Notes: generated from the sequence alone by a model not told the origin. A stretch of 64,000 bases of DNA from Erythrobacter sp. (GCF_039988855.1 NZ_JBDXIY010000006.1:53072-117071), one strand, 5' to 3'. Shown: positions 21,018 through 30,084, numbered from the stretch's first letter. Numbers and translations are program-made.

Positions 21018-22153
21018 CCTCTGAACTCACGGCGATCGACTTGTTTTGTGGTGCGGGGGGCCTTTCCGAAGGACTCCGCCAAGCTGGTTTCCATGTGCTT
21101 GCTGGCAACGATTTCGATGAAGCAGCCGGGGCGACTTATGCTCGAACGCACAAGGAAGCACGCTTCCTCAAAGGACCGATTCAGAACCTAACCGTGGAAG
21201 ACTTCTTGCGCGCGGCTCGATTGAAGCCCGGTCAGTTGAGCGTGCTCGCCGGAGGCCCACCGTGTCAGGCTTACAGTGTCTACAACCATCAACGAGGAAT
21301 GCACGACGAGAGGAGCTTCCTGTTCAAGGAATACCTGCGCCTTGTTGATGGGTTGGCCCCCGAATGGGTAATCATGGAAAACGTCATGGGGCTGCTCTCG
21401 ACCGGACAGGGTGCAGCAGTGCGAGCAATCACCGAGGGCTTCAAGTCACTTGGCTATGACATTGCATTCAAAGTTCTCAAAGCCGAGGAATATGGTGTGC
21501 CGCAGGAGAGACGCCGCATCGTCTTCATCGGCAATCGCATGGGAAAGCCTATCAACTTCCCGTCTGTGACGCACGGCCCTGAGTTGGAACCGCTAACAAC
21601 CGTTTTCGATGCGATCTCCGATCTGCCAAGATTGAAGAACGGTGAGGCATGGCTCAATTCTCATTATGCCTCTGAACCAAGGTCAAGCTACCAAACTGAA
21701 ATGCGGCGTGGGACGCCTGGCGTTCTCAATCATGCCGCCCCGCGCTTGGCGAAGGTCAATGAGCAGCGGATGCGTCATATTCCGCCGGGAGGGAGCTGGC
21801 GAGACATTCCAATAGAGTTGCTACCAGCAGGCATGAAGAAGGCACGGCGCTGCGATCACACCAAGCGATACGGACGGCTGGAATGGCATGGGTTGTCTTC
21901 GACAATCCTCACAAAGTGTGACATCCACTGGGGAGCATATATCCACCCAGACGATGATCGTTCTTTGACCGTGCGCGAGGCCGCCCGATTTCAGTCGTTC
22001 CCTGACTGGTTCGAGTTCGAAGGAAGTAGAACTGAGCAGTTCGTCCAAGTTGGGAATGCAGTGCCCCCACTTCTTGGGCGCGCGTTGGGCGAAGAAATTA
22101 AGAAAAGTATCTTGGGGCAGGCTGCCAAGCGTCGGCTTCGGGTCGCGGCTTAG
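21014..22153 (+). CDS. dcm: DNA (cytosine-5)-methyltransferase
   Basis: All C5-MTase motifs are seen: I DLFCGAGG, IV GGPPCQAYS, VI VIMENVMGL, VIII VPQERRRIVFIG, IX LTVREAARFQSFPDWFEF, X GNAVPPLL. Confidence 0.92.
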   Translation: MTSELTAIDLFCGAGGLSEGLRQAGFHVLAGNDFDEAAGATYARTHKEARFLKGPIQNLTVEDFLRAARLKPGQLSVLAGGPPCQAYSVYNHQRGMHDERSFLFKEYLRLVDGLAPEWVIMENVMGLLSTGQGAAVRAITEGFKSLGYDIAFKVLKAEEYGVPQERRRIVFIGNRMGKPINFPSVTHGPELEPLTTVFDAISDLPRLKNGEAWLNSHYASEPRSSYQTEMRRGTPGVLNHAAPRLAKVNEQRMRHIPPGGSWRDIPIELLPAGMKKARRCDHTKRYGRLEWHGLSSTILTKCDIHWGAYIHPDDDRSLTVREAARFQSFPDWFEFEGSRTEQFVQVGNAVPPLLGRALGEEIKKSILGQAAKRRLRVAA

Positions 22154-22240
22154 CCACCCGCCTCAGTTCGATCTCATAAGATTGCCAAAAGGAGCCAGGG
22201 GCCTAAGGTCTCTGGCTTCTGACTTTTGCAGTAAGATCCA

Positions 22241-23953
22241 ATGATTATTTCAAAGCTTAAAATTGATAATTTTCGCGGCATCACGGCGCTCGAAATCGAT
22301 TTCGATCAGACGACGGTCGTTTTTGGTTCGAATAACACCGGCAAGTCGACAGTTCTGGCAGCTATACAAATGGTCCTAGGCAGGGCCGTGGGGCGCCGGT
22401 CAGCTGCTTTCTCGGAATATGATTTTCATTTGGACCAAGATGGCCAACCGACAGACGCGGCGCCGATTAAGATCGAGCTGACTTTCAAGGAAACTGAACC
22501 TGATGATTGGTCTGACGCGATGGTTCAGCAACTTGGACCAGTGGTGGGTATCGGAGGCGACGGTCTCCAAATTGTTACATTGCGCCTTAGTGGCCGGTAC
22601 GACGAGGCAATCGGTTCGTTCGTCTCAGCATTTGATTTCCTAAACCCGAACGGCGATCCCCTGCCAGCTAATGCCTCCGCCCTGCGGCGCATTCAGCAGA
22701 TTGTCCCTGCTTTTTATCTTGCGGCGCTCAGAGATGCGGCTCGCGAGTTTCGATCAAACGGGGCTTTTTGGGGACCCTTCGTCAAATCGCTAAAGATTGA
22801 TCCCGATATAAGGGAAGAGATTGAAGCTGAAATTGCACAACTCAATCAGAGGGTTCTCGATGCACATACTGGCTTTGATGCCGTAAAGGCACGGCTTGGG
22901 CAATCTGCTCAGTTGGTGCCTCTTGGCGGAGCTGACGATCCTGTCAGCATCGATGCGTTACCCAGCCGAGTATTTGACATACTCGCGAGAACTCAAGTTT
23001 TGCTCTCAGGGGTATCAGGTGCGCGCCTTCCCCTCGCGCAGCACGGTGAGGGAACTCAGAGCTTGGCTGTAATTTGTCTTTTCGATGCATTTCTCGATGC
23101 TCGCCTGGTTGGTGAGTATGGCGAGGACGCTGTCCCCATCTTGACCCTAGAGGAGCCGGAAGCGCATCTGCACCCATCGGCGGTGCGTGCGGTCGGTCAG
23201 CTGATCTCCCGGTTGGGAGGGCAAAAAATCATCACTACCCATTCCGGAGACTTGCTTGCTTCCGTTCCATTGAAAAGCTTGCGGCGTCTGCGACGGGTCG
23301 GAAATGAGATCGACGTCTTCAAGATTGAGGACGGCATGATCGATGAGCCCACATTGAGTCGCTTGGACCATCAGATTCGACGTCTCCGTGGCTCCATACT
23401 TTTTGCACGGGTGTGGCTGTTGGTGGAGGGTGAAACCGATGAGGTCATTATCCAGGAGGCAGCACGTGTTGCAGGTATTGATCTCTTCGCCGCCGGCGTA
23501 GGTTGCTTCAAGTTTACCGAGCTCGGTATTGAACCGTATATTCGTTTGGCTGACGCCCTTGGAATTCACTGGATTTGCGTCTCAGACGGAGATCCAGCGG
23601 GTCAGGGCTACGCAAACACCGCAGTCGGGCTGCTTGGTGGCAAGCCTGCGCAGGATCACATCAGGACACTGCCAGCCTGGGATATGGAAACCTATCTTTG
23701 CATGAATGGATTTGGCGACATCTTTGAGGCCAGCGCTTCTCCTCAGAAGGTTGCGGCCAATCCAAATCCACATGCGCAGGGTACGCAAGAGTATTGGCAG
23801 CACCTGGTAAACAAACATCAACCCACTAAGGGGAAGCCGGTCCGCGCTACTCAGGTCGTGGATCGCCTCGATCAACAAGGCGCAGCGTCGATACCTCCAT
23901 TCCTGGTGGACCTAGCCAATTTCGCCGTGGCCAAAGGGAGGGAAGGTCTATGA
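22241..23953 (+). CDS. gajA: OLD-family ATP-dependent endonuclease (ABC-type ATPase plus Toprim), GajA-like
   Basis: Walker A GSNNTGKST, Walker B/H-loop LTLEEPEAHLHP and Toprim LLVEGETDEV...ICVSDGDPAG. 570 aa. The region has lower GC. Confidence 0.8.
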   Translation: MIISKLKIDNFRGITALEIDFDQTTVVFGSNNTGKSTVLAAIQMVLGRAVGRRSAAFSEYDFHLDQDGQPTDAAPIKIELTFKETEPDDWSDAMVQQLGPVVGIGGDGLQIVTLRLSGRYDEAIGSFVSAFDFLNPNGDPLPANASALRRIQQIVPAFYLAALRDAAREFRSNGAFWGPFVKSLKIDPDIREEIEAEIAQLNQRVLDAHTGFDAVKARLGQSAQLVPLGGADDPVSIDALPSRVFDILARTQVLLSGVSGARLPLAQHGEGTQSLAVICLFDAFLDARLVGEYGEDAVPILTLEEPEAHLHPSAVRAVGQLISRLGGQKIITTHSGDLLASVPLKSLRRLRRVGNEIDVFKIEDGMIDEPTLSRLDHQIRRLRGSILFARVWLLVEGETDEVIIQEAARVAGIDLFAAGVGCFKFTELGIEPYIRLADALGIHWICVSDGDPAGQGYANTAVGLLGGKPAQDHIRTLPAWDMETYLCMNGFGDIFEASASPQKVAANPNPHAQGTQEYWQHLVNKHQPTKGKPVRATQVVDRLDQQGAASIPPFLVDLANFAVAKGREGL

Positions 23954-25872
23954 GCGAATTTCTCAGTTCATTGAATGAGCGGCAAGCCGCAGCAGTTTCT
24001 TGGCAGGACGGACCACTCTTGGTTCTCGCCGGTCCCGGCTCAGGTAAGACGACAGTTCTAACGAGACGCATCGGGCGCATGATCCAACAATCGCCGGATG
24101 ATCATTATCGCGTTCTAGGATTGACCTTCACGAATAAAGCAGCAGCCGAAATGCGCGCGCGTATCGAAAAGCTGGCACCTGGCTCTGGCAATCGCGTCCT
24201 GTTGACCACTTTCCATTCGTTCGCAGGCGATCTTTTGCGTCAACACGGCCACCTGCTCGGCCTGAAACCGGACTTTACGATCCTGACTCAAGACGGCGAG
24301 CGAATAGGATTGTTAGACGAAGCCATCGCAGATGCCGGTCGATCTTTTGAGGTCTCGGAATTCAGCGGTGAACGACTACTGCCTTTGATCAACAGGTTAC
24401 TTGAGAACGATGTTGGTGACGAGCGAGTTGAGAAGATCGTCGCGACGCTGCCGGAGGAACGACGAGCGTCGGTGAGCGCTGTTTATCGAGCTTACAAGGA
24501 CAGGCTGATTGCGGCCAACAGCCTCGACTTCCCCTCGATGATTTCAGAAGCAGTGCGAGTGCTAAGGACGCATGCAGCCGTAGCGAAGCAAATCCGCCGC
24601 ATCTATCGCTACGTTTGCGTCGACGAATTCCAAGACACCAATTTCGCGCAATACAGCTTGCTCATTTGTTTGGTGGCTTCTGACTCGAGAAACCTCTTCG
24701 TGGTCGCGGATGACGACCAGATAATCTACCAATGGAATGGGGCTAGCCCAGCGCGCCTTGAAGGTTTGAAGCGCGATTTCGAGATGACCGTGCTTCAGCT
24801 CCCCACGAATTATCGATGCCCACCAGCGGTCATCGATATCGCCAACAAACTTATCGCCAACAACTCCACGCGAACGGCAAACAAGGATCAGCTTCTTGCC
24901 GAAAAGCCCGCGACTGAAGATCAGGGACTCAATCTTTATCATTTTCCAGACTTTGAAAGTGAGGTCGCGTGGGTTGCTCAAGACATTTCGGCGAAATCGG
25001 CTTCAGAGAGAGAACGATGCGTAGTCCTTGCGCGGACACGAAAGACGCTCGAGCGAGCGGTCGAGCACCTAGGCAACAATGGTGTGACCGCTTATTTGGC
25101 AAACCGAAAAGATGAATTTGTAAGCGCCCCGCTGCGCTGGCTCCACGCTGCGCTGCGACTGGCCAATAGTTCAAATGATCGAGAGCAAACTCGTAGACTG
25201 ACCAGAGCCTTTTTTGCACTGGAAGGACTGCAGATTGACCCGGCTGGTGTGACTTCTGCAGCCGAGGCATTCGAGGGTAGCGCTCTTCGTTCGTTTCTTA
25301 ACTTGGCCCTTGAGCGCAACGAGCTTAGTGATCACACGCGGAAGTATCTCGTGTCCGCATTGCCACAATTGGTCGAGCGGCTCGATTTTCGATCATTCTG
25401 CGCATCCACCTTCGAATGGTTCGCAGGTTTGCCCGATCAACCATTCCTCGCTTCCTCAAACGACTTCTCCGAGTTCGAAGATGAGAAGAAAGTTTGGGAG
25501 GCCCTGGTCGCTGATATTGAGGCCCAGTTTGGAAAGGAAAGTGTGACGCTTCATATGCTCCTTCAGGAGCTTGACCTCCGATCAAAAACGCCGCCTCAGC
25601 CCAAGGAAGCAGTGCCATGTTTTACGATTCATGCCTCGAAAGGAATGGAGTTCGGGCATGTCTATTTGATCGCCATGGTCGAGGACCAGCTTCCGAGCTG
25701 GGCAGCAGTCAAGAAAGGGGCCGAAAGCCCCGAAATGCAGGAAGAGCGGCGAAACTGTTTCGTGGCGATCACTAGGACCGAAGATAGCCTAACTCTGACC
25801 TACTCCGACAAGGTATTTGGTTGGCAGAAGGCCCCCTCGCGTTTCCTCCGGGAGATGGGATTCCAAGTCTGA
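23950..25872 (+). CDS. gajB: UvrD/PcrA-like superfamily 1 helicase, GajB-like
   Basis: LNERQAAAV, AGPGSGKTTVL, VCVDEFQDTN, NYRCP, TIHASKGMEFGHVYLI and AITRTEDSLTL. ATGA overlap with the gajA-like gene. Confidence 0.8.
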   Translation: MSEFLSSLNERQAAAVSWQDGPLLVLAGPGSGKTTVLTRRIGRMIQQSPDDHYRVLGLTFTNKAAAEMRARIEKLAPGSGNRVLLTTFHSFAGDLLRQHGHLLGLKPDFTILTQDGERIGLLDEAIADAGRSFEVSEFSGERLLPLINRLLENDVGDERVEKIVATLPEERRASVSAVYRAYKDRLIAANSLDFPSMISEAVRVLRTHAAVAKQIRRIYRYVCVDEFQDTNFAQYSLLICLVASDSRNLFVVADDDQIIYQWNGASPARLEGLKRDFEMTVLQLPTNYRCPPAVIDIANKLIANNSTRTANKDQLLAEKPATEDQGLNLYHFPDFESEVAWVAQDISAKSASERERCVVLARTRKTLERAVEHLGNNGVTAYLANRKDEFVSAPLRWLHAALRLANSSNDREQTRRLTRAFFALEGLQIDPAGVTSAAEAFEGSALRSFLNLALERNELSDHTRKYLVSALPQLVERLDFRSFCASTFEWFAGLPDQPFLASSNDFSEFEDEKKVWEALVADIEAQFGKESVTLHMLLQELDLRSKTPPQPKEAVPCFTIHASKGMEFGHVYLIAMVEDQLPSWAAVKKGAESPEMQEERRNCFVAITRTEDSLTLTYSDKVFGWQKAPSRFLREMGFQV

Positions 25873-25915
25873 AGTCGATCAATCGGACGCCGTTCGCACG
25901 TCAAGTTTGTGCGCT

Positions 25916-26815
25916 TTAACTCCCCAAAGCGAGCTTGATTGCAGACGCATAGACATTCTGGTCGGGGAGATTCATTGGCGACGTAAATGCCGTAGCGACT
26001 TGATCCACGGTTGTCGTGAATTGGGCGTTGAACTCCAATGGTCGTTGCATCGTTGAGGGATCTACATCGCCAAGTTGGTAGGACCTGAAAGAAAGGGTAC
26101 CTGGACCTACTGGATACTCGTGCAGGTTATTGCCCAATCTGTCTCTGATCTTTTGATAGACCTGCCCCGGGCAGACGAAAAACAGGCCTTTGGAGCACCG
26201 CGCCTCTCGACGCAGGACATGTCCCTTGTAGATCAGCTGAGGAAGAATGCGCTTGTTCACATTCTCCCAATTCATGCCAGACTTACTCCAGCCATCGAAG
26301 GTCTCTCCAGCAAAATAGGCGTCTGATTGATCCCTATAATTGCCCGTCGTGTCTATCGTTTGAACCTCCACGGCGGTAAATTCTTGGAGCTCGCCATCGG
26401 CATCGATGCGGGCCAATATCCAGTCAACGTAATATGCGCCACTCTTCGCCCCATCGGCTCGTTTAGGGCGAGGAAGGGGGAGTTCGCCTCCCCATCCTTT
26501 TCCAAAGGCAATGACCTCAGAACCGGTCAGCGACTCCGATCCTTTTCTTGCCCTTCCTTCAGCGGCGGTAATGAGTTCGATCTGCTGGCCGAAGACTTCG
26601 GCGGCTACTTCACGAAGCACGCGATAGTTCTCCGCATACAGACGATTTGGACAGCAGATTATTGGTTCACTTGTCGTCTGCCGAACGGAGCAGGCGCCGT
26701 GGTTTGGCTTAATGCAGGGGCTAACCGTGTAGGGGCATTGCTTTCCGGAAATGTATCCTGACGCAAGTGGCGAGAGTGGTGGAAATCCAAAAAACTCAAC
26801 AATCTTCAGTGCCAT
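25916..26815 (-). CDS. Type II restriction endonuclease, NotI family
   Basis: An N-terminal EFFGFP plus a Cys cluster (CPYTVSPC..GACSV..IICCPNR), a catalytic-core-like YYVDWILARID..FTAVEVQTIDTTGNY and NWENVNKRILPQLIYKG. These parallel NotI (AEFFGH.., ..LVCPNR, ..VLEIQTMDFHGSY, ..NVFKRTFYQM) as I recall it. Confidence 0.65.
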   Translation of the reverse strand: MALKIVEFFGFPPLSPLASGYISGKQCPYTVSPCIKPNHGACSVRQTTSEPIICCPNRLYAENYRVLREVAAEVFGQQIELITAAEGRARKGSESLTGSEVIAFGKGWGGELPLPRPKRADGAKSGAYYVDWILARIDADGELQEFTAVEVQTIDTTGNYRDQSDAYFAGETFDGWSKSGMNWENVNKRILPQLIYKGHVLRREARCSKGLFFVCPGQVYQKIRDRLGNNLHEYPVGPGTLSFRSYQLGDVDPSTMQRPLEFNAQFTTTVDQVATAFTSPMNLPDQNVYASAIKLALGS

Positions 26816-27142
26816 CGCGCGGGTCCCCTCTGCAGACCCTTATCGCAAGATTTCGCGGCGCGAAAGGCGCGGGAATTTCGTTCGTCGCGTGTGGGTGAGG
26901 TCGCGGAGAAATTGCTCAACCACGGACCGAGTTGATTGCATGCTCGTGAATGCTATTTGGTCCCCATTCCGGAACAATGAGCAAAATCCAGGGCCAATCC
27001 GGAACAAAAGCTCTCTATAAGATGCGGCGCTCGGCTGTCGCGCGCCGCCGCCTATCCCACTTGAAATTCAACAATTTTCGGCGGGATTCTTTCAGGCAAA
27101 TTTCCTGGTCACTAACGCGCACTTGAGAATGGGCTTGACCCA

Positions 27143-27157
27143 GCACACCGTACGCAG
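27143..27157 (+). repeat. Right direct repeat (putative attR core)
   Basis: Exact second copy of GCACACCGTACGCAG. Confidence 0.65.
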
Positions 27158-27321
27158 CGGTAGCTGCATAGGATGGCAAAAAAGCGCGAAGTAACAGAAG
27201 CATCGCTAGTCCGAAGGGGCGAGCAATCAGGTGGTAGCCAAGGCGCAGGAGTATCCCGTCGCTGGACCTGCGCATCCCACCATTGTGGGCACCGGGATGG
27301 AAGGCTATCGCTTAACCTACT

Positions 27322-28230
27322 ATGCCAGCGCGTCTTTCCGCAATCTTTGTGATGCTTCTTTGGGCGTCCTGCTATCCGCTCATAACGGTCGGTCTCGATA
27401 GCGCGCCCCATCTCACCTTCGCCGTGCTGCGCGCGGTTCTTGCAGGCACCACGTTACTGGCGGTCGGTATCATTCTAAGAAAGCCCTTTCCGCGCGATGG
27501 AAGCATCTGGGGATGGATCATTCTTGCCGGTCTCGGCATGACGGGGCTGGGTTACTACGGGATGTTCCATGCTGCGGAGTTCGTTTCGCCCGGCCTTGCA
27601 ACCGTCATCGCCAACAGCCAACCCCTCATCGCGGCAGGCCTTGCCTTTCTTTTTCTCCGTGAGCGCCTGTCTTCCAAGGGCTGGATCGGGTTATGGCTCG
27701 GCTTTGCGGGAATCCTCATCATTGCTGGCCCGCGAATTCTCCAAGGTCCGCTGGCGCTCTCAACCGGCTTTGCATATGTGCTGCTTGCGGCCTTCGGCGT
27801 TGCCGTGGGCAACATCGCCATCAAGAAGCTCTCGGGGCGCGCCGACGCAGCGATCGCCATGGGCCTTCAACTCCTCATCGGCGCTGTCCCGCTCGCGTTT
27901 CTGGCTTTGCTTACCGAAGATCAGGGCCAAATCGACTGGTCGCCGGTTTTCATCGCGAGCCTGCTTGGGTTGGCGATCCCAGGTACAGCCCTCGCATTCT
28001 GGCTGTGGCAATATACGCTCGGCAAAATCGAACTCTCGAAGGCTAATGTATTCAGCTTCCTGGTGCCCGTTTTCGGTTTAACGATCGGCGCTGCCTTCTT
28101 CGGTGAAAGGCTTACACCCCTGATCATCATGGGCACAGCAATTGCAACCGCGGGCGTATGGCTGACGACCATAAAGTCATCGAGTGACGTTCAGCCGAAA
28201 GCGAAAGGAGCGAGGGACGGGCGCGCATAA
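27322..28230 (+). CDS. EamA/DMT-family transporter
   Basis: 302 aa and 10 TM helices in two EamA-like halves. Confidence 0.8.
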   Translation: MPARLSAIFVMLLWASCYPLITVGLDSAPHLTFAVLRAVLAGTTLLAVGIILRKPFPRDGSIWGWIILAGLGMTGLGYYGMFHAAEFVSPGLATVIANSQPLIAAGLAFLFLRERLSSKGWIGLWLGFAGILIIAGPRILQGPLALSTGFAYVLLAAFGVAVGNIAIKKLSGRADAAIAMGLQLLIGAVPLAFLALLTEDQGQIDWSPVFIASLLGLAIPGTALAFWLWQYTLGKIELSKANVFSFLVPVFGLTIGAAFFGERLTPLIIMGTAIATAGVWLTTIKSSSDVQPKAKGARDGRA

Positions 28231-28310
28231 GGGATGCTCTTCGTGAAAAAATCAGGTGGCGATGGGCTGCAGCAAAGGGCGGGCGATGACTTCGTTGGCG
28301 GATGCTAAAG

Positions 28311-29639
28311 CTAAAACTCCTCAAGCGCGCTCGAAAGCCTGGGCAAACGCGTCGCCAGGGCCGCAGCTATGCAGTCATGAACAGGTTCGGCGAAGTCCAC
28401 CGGCATCGCTTCGCGCGCTACCGTCGGCGCATCACGTGCGCGGTCCATCAGTTCGTTGATGGCTGCACGCATGAGGCCTTTGCCAAGCCCCGCTGACTTG
28501 CCCGACTGGACAAAATGCCGACCGGTCACCTCGTTCAGCCGGTAGTGACGGTTGGTGCCTGCGGACATCGCGAGCCGGAACCTGTTCTGCGCAATCTGGT
28601 CGGAGTCGACGGCCGGTTGGGCCGAGAGCACATCGTAGAAGGGGGTCAGGCTGTAGCGTCCGCCGGGCTTCAGGAAGATACTGAAATTCTTGGCGTGCCC
28701 GTCCGTTGCACCAATGAGCCAGAAGAGGATCTGGCTCTTGAAAAAGGCGGCTGCGTCGGCTTGCGGATCGTCAGCACCGCGCAACAGGCCGAAGATATCC
28801 TTCATGTTCGGGCCGCCATCGCTCTGATATTTGTGCGTGGGCGGATAGCCGAGTGCTTGGCAGCAGTCCTCTTGCGGCAGACGCAGGATTTGCTTGGCGT
28901 TGCGCCAGTGCCTGTCGAACCGTTCGACGACGAGAACTCGGCGCTGGCCGACGGTCGCAATCTCTGTCGCTGCGACCGACAGGCCGAACGCCTTCATCAG
29001 CGTCATGCAATAGTGCTCGTTGTCGACGCTGTTCGACATGTCGATCATCCCGTCGGCGCTGGGTATCTGTCCAAGTTGCGGCTTCAGGATGTGAGTTGTC
29101 GGGGTCACACCGGCCGGTCGGTGCCATTTCCCATCGATTCGAAGCAGGGCCGTCTTCTCCTGCGCGCCGGCAACCGAGATCCTGAATTCCTGTTTCCGAT
29201 CGACGCCAAGTGGAGCCCGTGCGAGATCGGCGAGAAGGGCCTCGACTTCGGTGTCGCTGACCGGTTCGCTTTCGATGTCGGTACTCTGCGCCTGATCTGC
29301 GCCTTCGGGCAGGAACTGCATGGCACCGACGCAGTCGCGTCCGATGGCTTCGAGTAGGCTGTAGAAGTCGGTGCCCTGAGCGCCCATGCGCTCGGCTACG
29401 CGGCGGCGTACTGCATCCCTGTCCGGGAGAAGATTGTCGAACACGGCGATGACCGGAGCGCCACGATAGGCCGCCGGGGTCAGAGGCAGCGAGAGCGACG
29501 CTGCGAAGCGGTGCTCCCAGGCCAGCCACTCTTCGGAATACCGGAAACTGATTGCACCGCTCGCCGCCTTTTCGAGGCGGCCGACCTGCCTGCCGTTGAT
29601 AAGTACATCGAGGGGCGCATGGGTCTTTTTGCGCGCCAT
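28311..29639 (-). CDS. hipA: Type II toxin HipA-family serine/threonine kinase
   Basis: N-terminal LDVLINGRQVGRL, then ISVAGAQEKTALL and the catalytic TDGHAKNFSIFL. 442 aa. Confidence 0.9.
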   Translation of the reverse strand: MARKKTHAPLDVLINGRQVGRLEKAASGAISFRYSEEWLAWEHRFAASLSLPLTPAAYRGAPVIAVFDNLLPDRDAVRRRVAERMGAQGTDFYSLLEAIGRDCVGAMQFLPEGADQAQSTDIESEPVSDTEVEALLADLARAPLGVDRKQEFRISVAGAQEKTALLRIDGKWHRPAGVTPTTHILKPQLGQIPSADGMIDMSNSVDNEHYCMTLMKAFGLSVAATEIATVGQRRVLVVERFDRHWRNAKQILRLPQEDCCQALGYPPTHKYQSDGGPNMKDIFGLLRGADDPQADAAAFFKSQILFWLIGATDGHAKNFSIFLKPGGRYSLTPFYDVLSAQPAVDSDQIAQNRFRLAMSAGTNRHYRLNEVTGRHFVQSGKSAGLGKGLMRAAINELMDRARDAPTVAREAMPVDFAEPVHDCIAAALATRLPRLSSALEEF

Positions 29640-29888
29640 TTAGAAGACGTCCTCAATCGAGGCGCCGTCCTGCTGACGCGGCACGATCTGAAGATCGAGG
29701 CCGAGGACTGCGATGACACTGATGAGCGTGTCCAGCTTTGTTCCTTCGCTTCCGTTCTCTATGGCCGAGATGGTTTTCTGCTGCGTCCCGGCGAGTCTGG
29801 CGAGCTCGGTTTGGGTCAGGCCCTTGCCGAGGCGATGGGTCTGGATCACGGCTCCGAGTTGACTGGGAAGCCTGACGATCTGGCGCAT
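29640..29888 (-). CDS. hipB: HipB-like XRE-family antitoxin
   Basis: MRQIVRLPSQLGAVIQTHRLGKGLTQTELARLAGTQQKTISAIENG is an HTH_XRE pattern. The stop abuts the hipA start. I chose the internal ATG at 29888 over the track start at 29987. Confidence 0.85.
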   Translation of the reverse strand: MRQIVRLPSQLGAVIQTHRLGKGLTQTELARLAGTQQKTISAIENGSEGTKLDTLISVIAVLGLDLQIVPRQQDGASIEDVF

Positions 29889-29908
29889 AGCATACCTCCA
29901 CACTCCAC

Positions 29909-29981
29909 TATACCGCCAAGGGTATAAAATGGCAATATACCTTTTGGGGAATAAATCACCCTTATTCCCTGGGGGGGTATG
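29909..29981. promoter_or_regulatory. Tandem dyads upstream of hipB (putative HipB operators)
   Basis: TATACC-N6-GGTATA at 29909-29926, TATACC-N6-GGAATA at 29936-29953, and a degenerate TATTCC-N7-GGTATG at 29963-29981. E. coli hipBA operators are TATCC-N8-GGATA. Confidence 0.55.
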
Positions 29982-30084
29982 CTGCATCCGATCGCCACGA
30001 GAGATCCATCAATGGTGCCGGCCGGGCGAACCTCGCGTAGGAGAGAGGCGTCTTGAACAGGATGATCCGACCCGTGTCGGCGAG

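Larger units (their letters stand above)
18157..27157. mobile_element. Integrative defence island (about 9.0 kb) bounded by 15-bp direct repeats
   Basis: GCACACCGTACGCAG occurs at 18157-18171 and 27143-27157. The integrases abut the left repeat. The cargo is entirely accessory, and the 22.2-25.9 kb part is visibly more AT-rich than the flanks. Confidence 0.7.

Noticed and set aside
27015-27275. 86-aa minus-strand ORF crossing the right att repeat. Joining the flanks would give a 51-aa ORF (MRRSSDGILLRLGYHLIARPFGLAMLLLLRAFLPSYAATAAYGVPFFPWAL), raising the idea that the island interrupts a small gene.
   Set aside because: There is no RBS and no recognisable family. It lies in a divergent promoter region and could easily be a chance ORF in GC-rich DNA. 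I kept it only as a note under the island finding.
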